Part shown: positions 26,123 to 37,204 of the stretch, one piece after another
How positions within the stretch are numbered: the first letter of the stretch is position 1
Layout of the letters: every line of letters starts with the position of its first letter
Origin: Candidatus Margulisiibacteriota bacterium
GTDB lineage: Bacteria > Margulisbacteria > WOR-1 > O2-12-FULL-45-9 > XYB2-FULL-48-7
Direction of reading: 5' to 3'
DNA length: 64,000 bases
Assembly: GCA_025453605.1 (NCBI GenBank)
Contig: JALOPZ010000002.1
Span: 132,631 to 196,630, forward strand
Program-made: the position numbers and the translations under genes
Notes under the pieces: generated by a model
Told to the model about the DNA's origin: nothing
Database searches by the model: none
What the model saw: only the letters and a program-made list of their open reading frames with translations

Positions 26123-26560
26123 ATGAGTAAAACAGTTAAAGTACTCGCTCTGTTGATGATTGTCTGGCTGATCGGTAGTTCGGCTTATGCGGCGCCGTGG
26201 TGGGGCGGTCGGGAGAGGCAGAAAGATCCCGGTAAGCAACTTGCCCGGCGGCTGAAATTGACCCCCGCGCAGCAGGAGCAATTCAAGTCCGCCAGGGAAA
26301 AACTGGAGAAAGAGAATAAGCCGCTGTTCGATAAGATCAAGGAGCGGTCAGAGAAGCTCCGGACCGAAATGGGAAAAGACCAGCCGGACCAGCGGGCAAT
26401 TGAGCAGAGCATCAAGGAGATCAACGGCTGGCGGACCGAGATCGAGCTCAAACGGGTCAACTCGCTCCTGGCGCTCAAGGCAAGCCTGACCCCGGAACAG
26501 CGCCAGGAATATCTAAAAATGATGCAGCCCAAAAGATTTGGTCGCGGTTCGCGAAAGTGA
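26123..26560 (+). CDS. Spy/CpxP/ZraP family periplasmic protein
   Basis: Signal peptide; two LTxxQ motifs (LTPAQ, LTPEQR); AAGGAGG RBS. Confidence 0.85.
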   Translation: MSKTVKVLALLMIVWLIGSSAYAAPWWGGRERQKDPGKQLARRLKLTPAQQEQFKSAREKLEKENKPLFDKIKERSEKLRTEMGKDQPDQRAIEQSIKEINGWRTEIELKRVNSLLALKASLTPEQRQEYLKMMQPKRFGRGSRK

Positions 26561-26574
26561 TAGAATAGATTAAG

Positions 26575-27807
26575 ATGTCCTGGCAGAGAACACTGACGAT
26601 CGTCTGGTCGATCATTGCGCTGACGGTATCAGCCTCTGCGCTGACCTGGCCGGAGGCGCTAGAGTTGGCCAAGCGGAACAACCCCGAGCTGCAAAGCGCC
26701 CGCAAGCAGACCGAAGCGGCGCAATGGAGCCTCTACCGGAGCTATTCGTCGTTCCTGCCGCAACTGTCGGCCAGCGCTTCGACCGGCCAGTCAACTTCCG
26801 GCACGCCGGCCGCCACGGCCAACAGCTCGTCTTACGGTTTAAGCGTTTCCCAAACACTTTTCTCCGGGCTGGACAACTACTACAGCGCCTGGTCGGCCCG
26901 GACCGATCTTGATTATTACCGGGCGGCGCTGTTGAAAGCGGAAGCCGATGTCTATTATTCTCTCCGGCAGGCCTTTGTCGACCTGTCGGTCGCCGGCGAA
27001 AATCTTACTCTCTACAAACAGATCCTCGACCGCCGCCGGAACAACAGCGACCTGATCGGCCTCCGCTATGACAGCGGGCGCGAAGACAAAGGGGCGCTCC
27101 TTAGGACCCAGGCTGATCAGGCTGATGCGGCGGCCTCCGTTGCCGCGGCGGAACGGGCGCTCGCTTTGGCCAGGCTGAAGCTTTCCCAGCTTATTTCCAC
27201 TGAGGTTGATAAAGCGGAGGGCGAGTTGGCGGCCGGAACGGTTGCTGCGCCTGATTACGGAAAATTTTTGGCCGTTGCGCCGGCTCACATTATGAAGGTT
27301 AAACAGCTGGAGAAGGCGGACATTGCGCTCCGGCAAACGGTTGGCGGGTTCCTGCCGTCAGTTTCCCTGAGCGGTTCGTACCGGAAAAACGGCTCCGACT
27401 GGCCGCCGCAGAGCGACAGTAACAGCTGGTCGCTCAGTCTGTCGTATTCACTCTTCCCCGGCGGCGCTAACATCATTGATCGGGCGATCTACGCGGCGCA
27501 ATACGACCAGGCCAAGCAGGATTATCAGCAAGCCAGCAACGATCTCCGCTACGGACTGCAGTCGGCTTACCAGGCCTTTTTGGACGCGCTGGAGGCCGAA
27601 AAGACCGCCCGGCTCTCGCTCGACGCCGCGTCGCTGCGGGCGGAGATCGCCCGGACCAAATACATTAACGGCCTGACCACTTATGACGAGTGGGACCGGA
27701 TCGAGAACGATTACATCTCCGCCCAGCGCAACCTGCTTAGCCGGAAAAGATCCGCTTTATATGCTGAAGCCGCGTGGTTCAACTCATACGGAGGTTACGT
27801 TAAATGA
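26575..27807 (+). CDS. TolC family outer-membrane efflux protein
   Basis: Signal peptide; ALELAKRNNPEL; two FLP-x-S repeats. Confidence 0.9.
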   Translation: MSWQRTLTIVWSIIALTVSASALTWPEALELAKRNNPELQSARKQTEAAQWSLYRSYSSFLPQLSASASTGQSTSGTPAATANSSSYGLSVSQTLFSGLDNYYSAWSARTDLDYYRAALLKAEADVYYSLRQAFVDLSVAGENLTLYKQILDRRRNNSDLIGLRYDSGREDKGALLRTQADQADAAASVAAAERALALARLKLSQLISTEVDKAEGELAAGTVAAPDYGKFLAVAPAHIMKVKQLEKADIALRQTVGGFLPSVSLSGSYRKNGSDWPPQSDSNSWSLSLSYSLFPGGANIIDRAIYAAQYDQAKQDYQQASNDLRYGLQSAYQAFLDALEAEKTARLSLDAASLRAEIARTKYINGLTTYDEWDRIENDYISAQRNLLSRKRSALYAEAAWFNSYGGYVK

Positions 27808-28820
27808 AAACAAGTAACGAGATACGGGTAACGGGTAACGGGAATGGCTGCGCTTGGCTGTCTCGCTCAATTCTTCTCATTACCCGTTACTCGTTACTCT
27901 ATTCATTGCTGATCTTACTGTTAACCTCCTGTGCGCCGAAAAAGGAGATCCCGTTGGAGCTGGTCAGCGTGACCAGGGGGAACATTGAATCCAGCATCCC
28001 GGCGACCGGGACAGTGATGCCGCGCAACCGGCTGGAGATCAAGCCGCCGGTCTCGGGCCGGATCGAACAGGTGTTGGTAGCCGAAGGCGAGGCGGTTCGC
28101 AAAGGTCAGATCATCGCGCTGATGAGCTCGCTCGACCGGGCGACCCTGATCGACGCGGCGCGGGCCAAAGGGGAAGAAGAGGTCAGGCGCTGGGAAGAGA
28201 TGTACAAACCGACCCCGGTCATCGCCCCGATCAACGGTTTTATCATCCAGCGGAGCGTGGAACCAGGCCAAACCTTGACCAGCAACGACGTCGTCCTGGT
28301 GATGGCGGATAAACTGATCGTTAAAGCGCAGATCGACGAGACCGATATCGGCCGGATCAAGCTGGGGCAGGGGGTATCCATTGTCCTGGACGCTTACCCC
28401 AAGGACGAGGTCAACGGCCGCGTCGAACACATCGCCTACGAATCGAAGGTCGTCAGTAACGTGACGGTCTACGAAGTGGATGTCATCCCTCTCACCGTCC
28501 CCGACTTTTTCCGGGCGGGGATGAGCGCGACCGTCAACTTTTCGCAAAATGCGCGGCAGGATGTGCTGGTTGTCCCGCTTAAGGCGATCAAGAAGCGCGG
28601 TAAATCGGTTTATGTCTGGAAACCGAACGCCGATAATAAGACTGCCCAGGCGGTGCAGATCGAGACCGGCCTGGAAAACGGTGACAACCTTGAGGTCCTG
28701 TCCGGTTTGACCGAAGGCGAGAAAGTGGTCGTGCCGACCAAGGAGATGATCGAAAAACTGGCCAACCGCCGCGGAGGGCCGCCGAATTTTAATCCGTTCG
28801 GCAGCCAGCGCAGCCGCTGA
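27804..28820 (+). CDS. Efflux periplasmic adaptor (MacA-like lipoprotein)
   Basis: VSGRIEQVLVAEGEAVRKGQ, APINGFI, GMSATV; N-terminus derived from a repeat. Confidence 0.88.
   Translation: MKTSNEIRVTGNGNGCAWLSRSILLITRYSLLYSLLILLLTSCAPKKEIPLELVSVTRGNIESSIPATGTVMPRNRLEIKPPVSGRIEQVLVAEGEAVRKGQIIALMSSLDRATLIDAARAKGEEEVRRWEEMYKPTPVIAPINGFIIQRSVEPGQTLTSNDVVLVMADKLIVKAQIDETDIGRIKLGQGVSIVLDAYPKDEVNGRVEHIAYESKVVSNVTVYEVDVIPLTVPDFFRAGMSATVNFSQNARQDVLVVPLKAIKKRGKSVYVWKPNADNKTAQAVQIETGLENGDNLEVLSGLTEGEKVVVPTKEMIEKLANRRGGPPNFNPFGSQRSR
27809..27899 (+). repeat. ~90-bp heptamer-based hairpin element (GTAACGR)n...(YCGTTAC)n inside start of macA-like gene
   Basis: Second copy at 31418-31508 on minus strand. 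Confidence 0.85.
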
Positions 28821-30778
28821 TGAGCCTGATCGAACTCAAAGGGCTCTGTAAAACCTATTACATCGGCGGCAAGATCCCCGTTTATGCCCTGCGCGATGTT
28901 TCGTTGACGATCGAGCCGGGCGAGTTTGTCGCGATCATGGGCCCGTCCGGTTCCGGCAAATCGACTCTGCTGGCGGTGCTCGGCCTGCTCGACCGGCCCG
29001 ATTGCGGCGAATACAAGATCCTGGGCAAAGAAGTCTCCCGCTTATCGGAACGGGAAACATCCCGCCTGCGTAACCATCTGCTCGGTTTTGTCTTTCAGGC
29101 TTTTAATCTCTTGCCCCGGCTCGATATCGTCACCAACACCATGCTCCCTTTTGTTTACGACGACGGCGTGACCGAGGCAAATCGCCAGGCGGCCAAAGAG
29201 CTGTTAACCAGGGTCGGGTTGGGCGATCGGCTCCGCCACCGGCCGAATGAGCTGTCGGGCGGGCAGCAGCAGCGGGTCGCTTTAGCCCGCGCGCTGGCCA
29301 ACAAGCCGCTGGTGATCATGGCCGACGAGCCGACCGGCAACCTCGATTCCAAGTCTGCCCAGGAGATCATCAACCTTTTCAAAGAGATCAATCAGCAGGG
29401 GAAGACGATCATCATGGTGACGCACGAGCCGAATCTGGCCAATGAAGCCAGCCGGCGGATCACCCTGTCGGACGGCCGGATCGTGGGCGACGAGCGGCTG
29501 CGCGCCACGGCGGCCGGGACGGTCAACATGCCGGCCCTCAAACCGCGCAATTTCAATCTCTTCTCGCTCAGCCGGCTCCTCGATTATTTTCGCGAAGCTT
29601 ATCTCTCTTTGCTGACCAATAAATTGCGATCGTTCCTCTCGATCCTGGGTGTCGTGATCGGGGTTGGGGCGGTCATCGCCATGCTGGCGATCGGCACCGG
29701 CGCCCAGCGGCAGGTCGAAAAGTCGCTTTCCGCTCTGGGAACGAATTTATTGTCCGTCCGGACCTCTTTCCGTCAGGGCGGGATCTCGCTCGGCTCAGAT
29801 TCCGTCACTCGCTTTAACCTCGAGGACCTGAAAGCGTTGCAGCAGCTTGACGGGGTCAAATATGTTGTCCCTTACGTTCAAGGCCGGGGCCAGGCCGTTT
29901 ACGCTAACCGGAACTGGAGCACCAGTATCAACGGGACCAGTGTCGATTATCAGTATGTACGGGACGCGATCCCGACCCAGGGTCGGTTTTTTACCCGGAG
30001 CGAAGAGCACCTGCGCGCTAAGGTTGCCGTGCTTGGCAAGCAGGTGGCGGACCAGCTTTTTCCAGATACCGATCCGCTTAATAAATGGATCAAGATCAAC
30101 CGGGTCAATTTTCAGGTGGTCGGTGTTCTGCCGGAAAAGGGTGGGAGCGGTTTTATGAATCCTGACGACCAGATCTTTGTCCCGCTGTCGACCGCCATGC
30201 ACCGGTTGCTCGGCCGCGACTACATCAATAATTTTGATGTCCAGGCGGAAAGCGCCGACTATCTGACCGGTTTGGCCGATGAGATCGGCCCGCTGCTGGT
30301 CAAATTACACCGGCTGCCGGCCGCTCAGGCCGACGGTTTTGATGTCCGCAACATGGCCGATATCCAGAAGGCGGCGGCCGAAACGGTCCAGACTTTCTCT
30401 TTTCTGCTTGGCGCGATCGCCGCCGTCAGCTTGCTGGTCGGCGGGATCGGGATCATGAATATCATGCTCGTGATGGTAATGGAGCGGACGCACGAGATCG
30501 GCCTGCGTAAAGCGCTCGGCGCCGAGGACCGCGATATCCTGACCCAGTTCCTGGTCGAGGCGGTGCTGATCTGCGTTCTGGGCGGATCGATCGGGGTCGG
30601 GATCGGCGGGATCATCTCTTTCTCGATCGGGGCGGTTGCCGGCTGGTCGGTCGTGATCACCCTCGAATCTGTTCTGCTGGCTTTTGTCTTTTCCGTTGTA
30701 GTCGGCGTGGTCTTCGGCCTCTGGCCGGCCAGAAGGGCGGCCCGGCTCCTGCCGATCGAAGCGTTAAGGTACGAGTAA
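28820..30778 (+). CDS. macB: MacB-like ABC transporter (ATPase-permease fusion)
   Basis: [28 protein letters not shown]...[14 protein letters not shown]. Confidence 0.92.
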   Translation: MSLIELKGLCKTYYIGGKIPVYALRDVSLTIEPGEFVAIMGPSGSGKSTLLAVLGLLDRPDCGEYKILGKEVSRLSERETSRLRNHLLGFVFQAFNLLPRLDIVTNTMLPFVYDDGVTEANRQAAKELLTRVGLGDRLRHRPNELSGGQQQRVALARALANKPLVIMADEPTGNLDSKSAQEIINLFKEINQQGKTIIMVTHEPNLANEASRRITLSDGRIVGDERLRATAAGTVNMPALKPRNFNLFSLSRLLDYFREAYLSLLTNKLRSFLSILGVVIGVGAVIAMLAIGTGAQRQVEKSLSALGTNLLSVRTSFRQGGISLGSDSVTRFNLEDLKALQQLDGVKYVVPYVQGRGQAVYANRNWSTSINGTSVDYQYVRDAIPTQGRFFTRSEEHLRAKVAVLGKQVADQLFPDTDPLNKWIKINRVNFQVVGVLPEKGGSGFMNPDDQIFVPLSTAMHRLLGRDYINNFDVQAESADYLTGLADEIGPLLVKLHRLPAAQADGFDVRNMADIQKAAAETVQTFSFLLGAIAAVSLLVGGIGIMNIMLVMVMERTHEIGLRKALGAEDRDILTQFLVEAVLICVLGGSIGVGIGGIISFSIGAVAGWSVVITLESVLLAFVFSVVVGVVFGLWPARRAARLLPIEALRYE

Positions 30779-31513
30779 CCCGCAGCGGACGATGATCAGG
30801 GGAAGCGCCCCCTCTGTTTCGAGCCGAAATATTTGGCAGACGAGCCGGTCCTGGCGGTAGCTCTCCATTGCTTCGGTACAATTATCCTCATCACGCTTAA
30901 AACCGAGCGCCAGCAGGCCGGCGGCCGGATCGATCTCGGCGGTTGCACTGGCCGTCAATTCAAAACCTTTGATCTCCGCCTGGTCGCCGCCGGGGAGGCG
31001 CCAGCTAAAGTCGAGCGTGACCGGGCCGGTGAATTCCAGTCCGCTCCTCTTGCGGAGAAAGCGGAAGAGGGGGTTGCAGCGCCGGCTCCGCTCGCTTCCC
31101 CGCAGGAGGACCTTGATCCCATCCTGATAAAAACTCAGCTCGTTGCCGCGCAGCAGCAGCGAAGGGGATTCGGAGGTTGTGTTCTGGTCGACGTACAGGA
31201 CTAATTTGTTCTGATCGATCAGGTAGGTCCCCGATTGGTACGGTCGACCGTCCTGGGAAGTATTGAAATAGTAGCTGCCGCCGCTCCCGGCGGAGAAATA
31301 ATAGTCGAGCTGTTCCGGACCGGAGACGGTCCGCCATTCACCCAGGATCTCGTCCTCGGACGGGAGATGTCCAACCTGACCGGAACAACCGGCCAGCAGA
31401 CAGGCTGTAAAAGCAACGAGTAACGAGTAACGAGTAATGAGAAGGGATGAGCGAGAGAGGCTTGTTTGATTATTCCCGTTACCCGTTACCCGTATCCCGT
31501 TACTTGTTACCAT
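30764..31513 (-). CDS. Hypothetical lipoprotein
   Basis: Lipobox LLAGC; N-terminus derived from the same repeat as macA-like gene. Confidence 0.65.
   Translation of the reverse strand: MVTSNGIRVTGNGNNQTSLSRSSLLITRYSLLVAFTACLLAGCSGQVGHLPSEDEILGEWRTVSGPEQLDYYFSAGSGGSYYFNTSQDGRPYQSGTYLIDQNKLVLYVDQNTTSESPSLLLRGNELSFYQDGIKVLLRGSERSRRCNPLFRFLRKRSGLEFTGPVTLDFSWRLPGGDQAEIKGFELTASATAEIDPAAGLLALGFKRDEDNCTEAMESYRQDRLVCQIFRLETEGALPLIIVRCGLLVP
31418..31508 (-). repeat. Second copy of ~90-bp heptamer hairpin element
   Basis: Translates to TSNGIRVTGNGN...LSRSSLLITRYSLL, versus TSNEIRVTGNGN...LSRSILLITRYSLL at 27804. Confidence 0.85.
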
Positions 31514-33390
31514 ATCTTTACCGTCAGGGGCTCCGACTTGGGTAACAAACCAAAGGCTAATCGGAACTCAGGCATGTTGGCGATCGCGCCGTTGACCCGG
31601 TATTGCGGCGGCGAGTGGGGATCGATCTTCTGCAGGAGCGCCTGGTATTCGGGCCGCTGGCGGGTTTTCCAGACCTGGGCGTGGCCGAAAAAGAACCGTT
31701 CGCTCTGGGTCAGCCCGTCGATCAAACCGGGGTTGTGCCGCTTGAGCCGCTGCTGCAAGGCGTCAAAAGCGACCAGTAATCCGCCCAGGTCGGCGATGTT
31801 CTCGCCCAAAGTCAGCCGGCCGTTCAGGTGCTTGTTCCCCAGGACCGTATAACCGGCGTACTGCCGGACCAGCGGGCGAGTCCGCTGCCGGAAATGCCGG
31901 TCATCTTCTCTGGTCCACCAGTCCCGCAGATTGCCATGATGGTCGTACTTGCGCCCCTGATCGTCGAAACCGTGGGTCAATTCGTGGGCGATAACGTGGC
32001 CGACCGCGCCGTAGTTGACCGCGTCGTCGGCGTTGGGATCGAACATCGGTGGCTGCAGGATGCCGGCCGGGAAGACTATCTCGTTATTGGGTGGATTGTA
32101 ATAAGCGTTGACGATCTGGGGCGGCAGGAGCCATTTTTGCTTGTCGACCGGCCGGCCGATCTCCCGCAGGTCCTTGCGGGCCTGGAATTCCCGGGCGCGC
32201 CACATATTGGCCAGAAAAGAGTCGGCAGCGACCCGCAGCCGGCCGTAATTCTCCCATTTGGCAGGGTAGCCGATCTTGATCGTGACCCGGTGCAGTTTTT
32301 TCAACGCTTCGCGCTTAGTCCGCGGGCTCATCCAATCCAACCGGGTGATCCGCCGGCCGAGCGCGGTGATCAACTCACTGACCATTTCGGTCATTTTTCT
32401 CTTGGCACGCGGCGAGAAATAACGGTGGACATAAAGCTTGCCAAGCTCATCCCCGAGCGAGCTGTTGATCGCATCGATCACTCGTTTCCAGCGTGGAGAC
32501 GGTCGTTTTAAGCCGAGCAGCCGGCGCTGGTAGAAGCCAAAGTAGAGCGCGTAGCTCCGGGTTGACCAGTATGGCGCGGCCGCGTTAAGCAGCTGCCAGT
32601 GCAGATAGGTTTTAATTTCTTCCAGTTTAGTCCGCCTGATCAGCCGGTCCAGGGAGCGGAAAAAATCGGGCTGGGCAACATTCAATATCTTGAAAGGCGG
32701 GGCACCCAGCTCCGTCCAGTAAGTGGTCCAGTCGAATGAAGGGCAAAGCCTGATCAGGCGGCTGACCGGCAGCTTATGGGTTGTTTGGTGGGGATCACGC
32801 TGGATCTCTTTCTTCATGGTTTTCCTGGCCAGGGTTGTCTCCAGTCTAAGGACAATATTGGCTTTTGCCAGACCGTTACGCTCACCGGCCAGAGTGAAGA
32901 GGGCGGCCGCGTAGCTTAAGAAGCTTTGGCGCAGTGCGGCGGACGACTTTTCCAGATAATATTCACGGTCGGGGAGGGAGAGGCCGCTCTGAACAAGGTC
33001 CGCGATCTTGCGCCGGCTGTTGTCCGGATCGGTCATCGCTCCAAAACCGAAGAACGGATCGGCACCGCGCAGCTGGAGCCGGGCAACAGCCCGGGCTAGG
33101 TCACGAAGCGACTTGATCTGTGTCAGGGCGGCTAATTCGTTCCGTAAAGCGGGCAGGCCGGACCGGCCGGACATGGCGGTCCGGTAAAACAGGTCGAGTT
33201 TGCCGCGGCTGCGCCGTAACAGGCGATGCAGGATCCGGTAGTTCTGCTCACCCTGCTCGACAAAATAATTCCAGGCGGGCTTATCCGGCGGGATGAACTT
33301 GCGTTTCAGCCAGCGGCCGTAAGCGTACCGGTAGAAATCTTCGGCCGGATCGACTTGCCGGTCGATCCAGCGCAGATCGAGCGCTTTCAT
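31507..33390 (-). CDS. M13 family metallopeptidase (PepO/neprilysin-like)
   Basis: VNAYY, HELTHGFDDQG, GENIAD, DPHSP. Confidence 0.95.
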   Translation of the reverse strand: MKALDLRWIDRQVDPAEDFYRYAYGRWLKRKFIPPDKPAWNYFVEQGEQNYRILHRLLRRSRGKLDLFYRTAMSGRSGLPALRNELAALTQIKSLRDLARAVARLQLRGADPFFGFGAMTDPDNSRRKIADLVQSGLSLPDREYYLEKSSAALRQSFLSYAAALFTLAGERNGLAKANIVLRLETTLARKTMKKEIQRDPHQTTHKLPVSRLIRLCPSFDWTTYWTELGAPPFKILNVAQPDFFRSLDRLIRRTKLEEIKTYLHWQLLNAAAPYWSTRSYALYFGFYQRRLLGLKRPSPRWKRVIDAINSSLGDELGKLYVHRYFSPRAKRKMTEMVSELITALGRRITRLDWMSPRTKREALKKLHRVTIKIGYPAKWENYGRLRVAADSFLANMWRAREFQARKDLREIGRPVDKQKWLLPPQIVNAYYNPPNNEIVFPAGILQPPMFDPNADDAVNYGAVGHVIAHELTHGFDDQGRKYDHHGNLRDWWTREDDRHFRQRTRPLVRQYAGYTVLGNKHLNGRLTLGENIADLGGLLVAFDALQQRLKRHNPGLIDGLTQSERFFFGHAQVWKTRQRPEYQALLQKIDPHSPPQYRVNGAIANMPEFRLAFGLLPKSEPLTVKIW

Positions 33391-33465
33391 CGTGCTTGAT
33401 TATAGCAGAAATATGGTAGAATACCGTTGGTTGACGAACTCCATCAGACTGAAGGGGGAACAAAA

Positions 33466-33726
33466 ATGCCGATCGTATTGAAAGCGTTAGTGTTGCTGGG
33501 TGGATTGACCGGTTTGCTGTCCGGAATGGCGATGCTCCTGCTGTTTGAGCGGTTCATGGCCTTTAATGATTACCTTAACAAGAATATTTTCCGGAACAAG
33601 AACTACGACTGGCATCAGTATGGTTGGGAGCGCTATCTCTTCACGATGAGCTACCTGACGGCGGTTTTCCTGATTGGGGCCGGCTGTTATCTGCTCTACG
33701 TGTTTTCGCAGTACTTCCCGTATTGA
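33466..33726 (+). CDS. Small 2-TM membrane protein
   Basis: AAGGGGG RBS; two hydrophobic segments. Confidence 0.65.
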   Translation: MPIVLKALVLLGGLTGLLSGMAMLLLFERFMAFNDYLNKNIFRNKNYDWHQYGWERYLFTMSYLTAVFLIGAGCYLLYVFSQYFPY

Positions 33727-33738
33727 CAGGCGCGCCGG

Positions 33739-34365
33739 TCAGCGATAGGTGGTTAGTTTCCTGACCCCCAGCTTGGCGTAAGGGACGTAGTTCCAGGCGA
33801 TCAGTCGGTCAGGCCCGGTTACCGGCCGCGCTTTTTTTACCCCGGTCCGCGGTTTTGGCTTAACTTTGGTTTCCGTCAGCACGGCCACTTTATGACCGGT
33901 CAATTCGCTTTCCGGCAGGCCGGCGATCATGTCCATGGTAAAATTCAGGCTCCGCTGGTAACGGTCGAATGGCGGCACCGCTTTGTAGACCACGATCAGG
34001 TCCATCAGGTTTTTCGTTTTTCGAAACTTACGGTACCACTTTTTTTCCGCGATCGTGGCGATAGTGAACTCGATGTTGTGCTTGATCGAGCGGAAACGGG
34101 CGCCGCCGTTGCTGATCCCGGTAAAGTTGGAGCTCCGCTTCGGACAATGCTTTCCCCAGGTGCTTTCCGCGCCGGCCAGCGCCACGTAGAGGCGGTAGTC
34201 CAGTTTATACCGGTCCGACTGTTTGACTATCTCCTGGCCGTAACCGCGCAGCGGACTGGTCGGGCAGTACCGCTCCAGGAACCGTTCGATCCGGTCCGGC
34301 CGCAGATCTCTGGCCTGAGCCAGCGTCGCGGTCAGCAGCAGGACGATCAGAATTCTATATATCAT
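33739..34365 (-). CDS. Exported lysozyme-like/glucosaminidase-like protein
   Basis: Signal peptide; LDYRLYVALAGAESTWGK...NFTG pattern. Confidence 0.6.
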   Translation of the reverse strand: MIYRILIVLLLTATLAQARDLRPDRIERFLERYCPTSPLRGYGQEIVKQSDRYKLDYRLYVALAGAESTWGKHCPKRSSNFTGISNGGARFRSIKHNIEFTIATIAEKKWYRKFRKTKNLMDLIVVYKAVPPFDRYQRSLNFTMDMIAGLPESELTGHKVAVLTETKVKPKPRTGVKKARPVTGPDRLIAWNYVPYAKLGVRKLTTYR

Positions 34366-34405
34366 ACTGACTGAGTATCGACGACTACCGACGGCGATTT
34401 CACGA

Positions 34406-34984
34406 TCAGGCCAAGGTGCTGAAACTGGAAGCATCCCAGTTTTGCGGGTCGAATTTGGGGTATTCCGGCAGCCGGCCGGCGACCAGGCCGTCGATCATCT
34501 CGGCCAGCCGGTCGAGCTGTTGGGCGGAGGCTCCCTGGGCCAGTTGCGGTTTGCCGGTCCGGATATCGATCACTGTTGCCCCCAGGTCGCTGACGATCTT
34601 GATGTCTTCCGGATAGAGGCGGTCTCCTTCAACCCGCCAGGCGAACAGTTCCGGATTGTAACGGTCTTTCAGACCGACAATGAAGAGATATTTTTGACGG
34701 TGAGACAGATCCTGAGCGGAGGGGACAGGGATGCCGCCGGGGTGAGTGTGGTAGACGCCAAGGAATTCGAGCTGGTGCTTGACCAGAAAACGGAAAGCCA
34801 GATCGAGGTCGTCGCTGGTCAGCGCAAAGGTTTGGGTCCGGTCGCCGAGGTTCTTATTGGGGATCGGCAGAACACCGAGGATCGTCTCCCCGTGCCCGCC
34901 GAGGAAACCGCCGGTCTCCTGCGGAAAACAGGCCTGCGCCTGCTTCATGATAATGTTGTATTGTCGCTCAGTGATCTTGAACAT
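34406..34984 (-). CDS. JAB/MPN (Mov34) metalloprotease
   Basis: PQETGG and YHTHPGGIPVPSAQD JAMM motif. Confidence 0.88.
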   Translation of the reverse strand: MFKITERQYNIIMKQAQACFPQETGGFLGGHGETILGVLPIPNKNLGDRTQTFALTSDDLDLAFRFLVKHQLEFLGVYHTHPGGIPVPSAQDLSHRQKYLFIVGLKDRYNPELFAWRVEGDRLYPEDIKIVSDLGATVIDIRTGKPQLAQGASAQQLDRLAEMIDGLVAGRLPEYPKFDPQNWDASSFSTLA

Positions 34985-35079
34985 ATTGCCGCTCCGCTGG
35001 TCCGAAGCATTGAAATCGATTATAACATATATTATAATATCACCTGTTTGCAAATCAGTTGATCGAAAGGGGTAATTCA

Positions 35080-37077
35080 ATGTTGGGTTATATTTCCTGG
35101 TCCCTGCTCGCTGGGCTTCTTGGTGTTCTGTTCGCGGTTTATCTGTTCCGGAAGATCATGCAGGTCCCGGCCGGTACGGAGAAAATGAAGGAGATCGCCG
35201 GGCTGATCAATGAGGGGGCGATGGCGTACCTTAACCGGCAATACCGGGTCGTTTTGCTCTTTATTCTCTTCATCTTTTTAGTCCTGACCTTCCTGATCAA
35301 CATCTATGTGGCGCTGGCCTATGTTTTTGGCGGCCTTTGTTCGATGCTGGCCGGTTATATTGGGATGAACGCCGCTACCCGGGCGAATGTCCGGACCGCC
35401 AACGCGGCAGCCGGCAAGGACCAGGCCAAAGCGCTCGGCGTGGCTTTTTCCGGCGGGGCGATCATGGGGATGGCGGTCGCTTCGATCGGTGTTCTCGGTT
35501 TAGGCCTGATCTTTTTCCTGGTCAAAGGAGTGGCGCTTAAGGCGGCGGTGGTCGGCGGTTACTCGATGGGGGCTTCCTCGATCGCGTTGTTTGCCCGGGT
35601 CGGCGGCGGTATTTACACCAAATCGGCCGATGTCGGCGCCGATCTGGTCGGTAAGATCGAAGCGGGTATTCCGGAAGACGATCCGCGCAATCCGGCGGTC
35701 ATTGCCGACAATGTCGGCGACAACGTCGGAGATGTAGCCGGGATGGGGGCCGACCTCTTCGAATCGTATGTCGGGGCGGTCGTCGCGACTGTGGCCCTCG
35801 GCGCCTTGATGCTCAGCGCTCCGTTCCAGTGGATGATCCTGCCGATCCTCTTGATCGCCGCCGGCACGGTCGCTTCGATCGTCGGCGTGCTGTTCATTCA
35901 AGTGGTGCAGGGGATCAATCCGCAGGCGGCGCTCCGCTACGCGACCTATGTCGCGCAGGGGCTGTTCATTATCGCTGCTTTTCTCCTGACTAAAATGGTT
36001 ATCGGTAATATCAGTGTCTTCTGGGCGATCCTCTCCGGCATTTTGGCCGGGATGGCGATCGGGATCATTTCCGAGTTCTTTACGTCAGGAAAGATCTTAA
36101 AAGAGATCGCCGAGGCGTGCAAAACCGGCCCGGCGACCAATATCATCGCCGGTCTGGCGATCGGGATGAAGAGCACGATCTTCCCGATCCTCTCGATCTG
36201 CGCGGCGATCTGGGTCTCTTACCAGTTCGGCGGGCTTTACGGTATCGCTATTTCCGCGGTCGGCATGCTTGGCACGACCGGGATCATCATGGCGGTCGAC
36301 GCCTACGGGCCGATCGCCGATAATGCCGGCGGGATCGCGACGATGTCCGGCCTGCCGGGCGAGGTGCGCCAGATCACCGATACGCTCGATTCGCTCGGTA
36401 ATACGACGGCCGCGATCGGCAAGGGCTTTGCCATCGGTTCGGCCGCTTTAACCGCCTTGGCCCTGTTCGTTGCCTATACCCAGGCGGTCGGCATCAAATC
36501 GATCGATATTTTAAAAGCCGATGTGGTGATCGGGCTCTTTATCGGCGGGCTGATCCCCTTTGCCTACGTCTCAATGACGATGCAGGCGGTCGGCCGAGCG
36601 GCCTTCAAGATGGTGGAAGAGGTCCGGCGCCAGTTCCGGGAGATCAAAGGTTTGATGGAGGGGAAGGCTAAACCGGAGATCAAAAAATGTGTTGATATCG
36701 CGACCAGCGCGGCGCTGCACGAGATGGTCGTCCCCGGTATTTCCGCCGTTGTTATCCCGGTCGTGGTCGGGGTCGTGCTGGGCGGTGAAGCGCTCGGCGG
36801 CTTGCTGGCCGGGTCCCTCTGTGTTGGCGTGCCGATGGCGATCATGCTGGCCAACGCCGGCGCGGTTTGGGATAACGGTAAAAAGCTGATCGAAGAGGGT
36901 TACGCGGGCGGGAAGGGGACGCCGGTCCATGCCGCCGCGGTCGTTGGCGACACTGTCGGCGATCCGTTCAAGGATACCAGCGGTCCGGCAATGAACATCC
37001 TCCTGAAACTGATGTCGATCGTTTCCCTGGTCCTGGGCCCGGCGATCGTCCAGTTCCATCACATTCTGTTCAAGTAA
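35080..37077 (+). CDS. hppA: Membrane-bound K+-dependent (likely Na+-translocating) pyrophosphatase
   Basis: [43 protein letters not shown]. Confidence 0.95.
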   Translation: MLGYISWSLLAGLLGVLFAVYLFRKIMQVPAGTEKMKEIAGLINEGAMAYLNRQYRVVLLFILFIFLVLTFLINIYVALAYVFGGLCSMLAGYIGMNAATRANVRTANAAAGKDQAKALGVAFSGGAIMGMAVASIGVLGLGLIFFLVKGVALKAAVVGGYSMGASSIALFARVGGGIYTKSADVGADLVGKIEAGIPEDDPRNPAVIADNVGDNVGDVAGMGADLFESYVGAVVATVALGALMLSAPFQWMILPILLIAAGTVASIVGVLFIQVVQGINPQAALRYATYVAQGLFIIAAFLLTKMVIGNISVFWAILSGILAGMAIGIISEFFTSGKILKEIAEACKTGPATNIIAGLAIGMKSTIFPILSICAAIWVSYQFGGLYGIAISAVGMLGTTGIIMAVDAYGPIADNAGGIATMSGLPGEVRQITDTLDSLGNTTAAIGKGFAIGSAALTALALFVAYTQAVGIKSIDILKADVVIGLFIGGLIPFAYVSMTMQAVGRAAFKMVEEVRRQFREIKGLMEGKAKPEIKKCVDIATSAALHEMVVPGISAVVIPVVVGVVLGGEALGGLLAGSLCVGVPMAIMLANAGAVWDNGKKLIEEGYAGGKGTPVHAAAVVGDTVGDPFKDTSGPAMNILLKLMSIVSLVLGPAIVQFHHILFK

Positions 37078-37101
37078 TAAGCGGTAAGCATTAAGTGAAA
37101 A

Positions 37102-37128
37102 GGGGAGCCTACGCGGCTCCCCTTTTTT
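37102..37128 (+). terminator. Rho-independent terminator
   Basis: GGGGAGCC-TACGC-GGCTCCCC-TTTTTT. Confidence 0.85.
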
Positions 37129-37204
37129 ATGTTATTATTAAGACGACTGTTTTGCGCCTATAGCCCCTCGACTGAGCTCGGGGCTATAGAGTCGCACGGA
37201 GCTT

